Notes under the pieces: model-generated
What the model was told of the DNA's origin: nothing
The model's database searches: none
What the model saw: the letters and a program-made list of their open reading frames with translations, nothing else
Shown: piece after piece, positions 61,587-64,000 of the stretch
Numbering within the stretch: the first letter of the stretch is position 1
How the letters are laid out: every line of letters starts with the position of its first letter
Assembly: GCA_032718475.1 (NCBI GenBank)
Contig: JAUCBJ010000144.1
Coordinates: 1-64,000 of the forward strand
Reading direction: 5' to 3'
DNA from: Nemertoderma westbladi
Taxonomy: Eukaryota > Animalia > Xenacoelomorpha
Length of the DNA: 64,000 bases
Made by a program: the position numbers and the translations under genes

Positions 61587-62816
61587 TGTTCGCGCTTTTG
61601 AAGACCTTTAGCAGTTTAACCTGCCAAAATTTATATGTCTTTTAGTTAATTAAAACCACTTTAGCATACGACAATAATTTATGCTAATACGCAAAACATT
61701 AGCCGAAGTCAGCCCATGCGCGATCATTCACCCGATGGATCTACACCCGGGAGACTGAATTCGGATGCTTGAATTGTATTATTACAGTGTAAGGTTGCAG
61801 TGTATACCTAATGTATTATTCGATAGATCGTTAATAATTAATCTCTGACAGATATTATTGGCTTTCGGGAAATATTAACAGTTCCTTTAGGACGTGGCGC
61901 TTTATCTATTTAAACAGAACTAAGACTTATACTAAAACGCAACGATACTGCTTATGATTAAAGTATAAAGCGTATTCTTTAGGAAATACTTTGTTACCAA
62001 TCACGATCATACACACTATTCTGCCGACAGTCAGTACATTTGATCACACATAAAGAGAGCAGTAATTGACTCACGTAGGGTCTGCTAAATAACATTGGAT
62101 TCAATACACACCACATTAATATAAATCGCAATTGTTATGTATAGCCGGTCTCTCTAACCTGTAGTGTTATCAAGAAAATTGGGAATTGGGTGATTTATCC
62201 GTATTATCCAAATAGCAATATTTCCATCAACAAATAGGTACAATTAATAACTGACGGTAAAATAACAGTACAAGCAATATGATTAATGCATTTAAGATTG
62301 ATTAAATTGATCGGTAGTTAGTTAGGTAACAGTTTATACTTTCGATAATTCAAGCAGTTTACTATAGTTCTTACTAAAAGGCCGGTGTTTCTGGCTTAGA
62401 CAGCAATAACAACAAAGTATCAAGAAAAAACCGTAAGACTGAACACTCTCCTTATGATCGACTAAAAGCTACACGTCGACAGGAAAAATCGCTCTGATTG
62501 GCTCAAGCCAAACAAAGAACCGTGCATCTAATGGCTGTTTCCATGTCAGCAACCAGCTGTTAGATGTCGTAATATGAATCATCACGGCTAAGCTGTGAAA
62601 GGTAGTTGGTGCATTACAAGTTTTTTGCCTTACCATGTCCGCCAAAACACGTATATAGCAGAATGATTTTTATGTCCGTTAAAACACCTGTAAAGGTACC
62701 TTGCGGGCGAGGGGAATATATATACAGTCCGAGAACCCTTTTAGAGTATTCCAGCGCCTGGGGGGGAACTGGCCAGCAAAGGCAAACGTATCAGTTATCC
62801 CACAAAAGCTTTTACA
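61587..62816 (-). repeat. 5' LTR (1230 bp)
   Basis: Direct repeat of 49743-50972. Confidence 0.96.
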
Positions 62817-63012
62817 ACCATGCTTATTCACTCCATGAGGTGCACTGGCTGGTCCTCACGGCTTAAAGCGATGTCCTGCAAAGCGGAGGCGGCTTTGTTC
62901 TAGTGTCAAGCTTGGGGGAACCAATGACTGAATGAGACACCTCCAACTCCAATGTTATATAGTGTCTGGTTGGAGATGCAGAGATGTGTGCATTGTACTT
63001 GACACAGTGAAC
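62817..63012 (-). mobile_element. RTE-like LINE fragment, continuation of 49559-49742
   Basis: Homologous to 24030-24220, with small insertions and a deletion. Confidence 0.85.
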
Positions 63013-63137
63013 CTAATCAAAACAATTAGTCAATAAACATTAACTCAATAACACAATAGGTTACAGTTTACAGCTTAGTCTTATTTTTGCCATACGAAAA
63101 TACCACAGGTATGGCAGTATGGGTCTGTGGGTATGAA

Positions 63138-63232
63138 TTAGCGTTAGACCGGAGCCAGATTTTTGCCGGAGCCGGAACCGGACCGGGTAAATTCCAAAAG
63201 TACCGGAGCCGGAACCGGAGCCGGACCGGGTA
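63138..63232. mobile_element. hAT-like terminal fragment with (CCGGAR)n subterminal repeats
   Basis: TAGCGTTAGACCGGAGCC followed by CCGGAG/CCGGAA arrays; no partner end found. Confidence 0.35.
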
Positions 63233-63516
63233 GGTAAATTTAAAAAAAATATATTGAGGCCTGGTATGACTGTATGACCTAAAGGTACCGGTACCGTGCA
63301 CTGTCAGACTGTACTATAATACGACCTGGCATGTTGCAGTTAGTCCACTACACAGCTACATTTAGTGAGCCAACTTCTCCACTTTCTGACAGTCTGAATT
63401 TGTTTATACTTTATACTCATAAACCAGTACATTACGGTCTGACTGTAGTCGGGTAGTTTTATTACATATTAAATCTAACAAAACAATAGATCAACGATGC
63501 AATAGAAGAATGGTTG

Positions 63517-63965
63517 GGGTCCTACGAATTACCCCAAAATACTCCAAAATACCCCAAAATAGTCAAAAATTACCCCAAAATACCCCAAAAAGGCTAAAAA
63601 ATTACCCCAAAATACCCCAAAATAAGCTAACAATGTTTTTTAACAGCGAGGGAAAGGAGCAGGTTACAGTGGCAAGTTTTTTTTAACCAAAACAATAAAC
63701 GAGAGTGAAGAAAAATTTTTTAATTATTTTGGGGTAATTCGTCATTATTTTGGGGTAATTCGTCATTTTATCTTATTTTCGCGTAAATTAAATTTCCAAA
63801 ACAAAGGCTCAAAAAAAAGTATTTTGGGGTAATTCTAAACTATTTTGGGGTATTTTTGGGTAAATATAAACTATTTTGGGGTATTTTGGGGTAGTTTTAT
63901 ACTATTTTGGGGTCTTTTGGGGTGTTTTGGGGTATTTTGGGGTAATTCGTACTGTCGTAGGACCG
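63517..63965. mobile_element. MULE-like MITE, 9-bp TSD GAATGGTTG
   Basis: Same termini as 43673-48405; TSD at 63508-63516 and 63966-63974. Confidence 0.9.
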
Positions 63966-64000
63966 GAATGGTTGCAGGGTTGATAGCATCAACTCAGTCT

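Larger units (their letters stand above)
49743..62816 (-). mobile_element. Young non-autonomous BEL/Pao LTR retrotransposon, 13,074 bp, 5-bp TSD ACCAT
   Basis: Two 1230-bp TG...CA LTRs (one substitution noticed by eye); ACCAT at 49738-49742 and 62817-62821; BEL-type gag-protease. Confidence 0.95.

Overview
Repeat-rich metazoan (invertebrate-type) genomic DNA. Host genes: an intronless acyl-CoA synthetase ending in a CaaX-like motif (+), a 4-exon KEAP1 orthologue (-), an unknown Ser/Pro/Lys-rich gene (-), and a 2-exon DZANK1 orthologue (+) whose GC-AG intron contains an antisense SOCS6-like gene and a CDS-deleted duplicate of it. The rest is satellites (28, 19 and 10 bp units), RTE-like LINE fragments and nested non-autonomous DNA transposons. 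Two systems stand out. (1) A young 13,074-bp BEL/Pao LTR element (49743-62816, minus strand) has no tRNA primer-binding site. Instead, the 12 nt at the PBS position are perfectly complementary to a 12-nt LTR sequence lying about 30 nt downstream of a TATA-like box, which suggests Tf1-style self-priming. Its pol is reduced to in-frame vestiges, and the env slot holds a DEDDy-exonuclease-like/CCHC ORF preceded by a long RNA hairpin. (2) Three DNA transposons have CAGT...ACTG ends and 5-bp TSDs, and more than 40 matching scars of the form N5-CAG/CTG-N5 (counted by eye) cluster in promoter-like DNA. All calls come from reading the sequence; no database searches were run.
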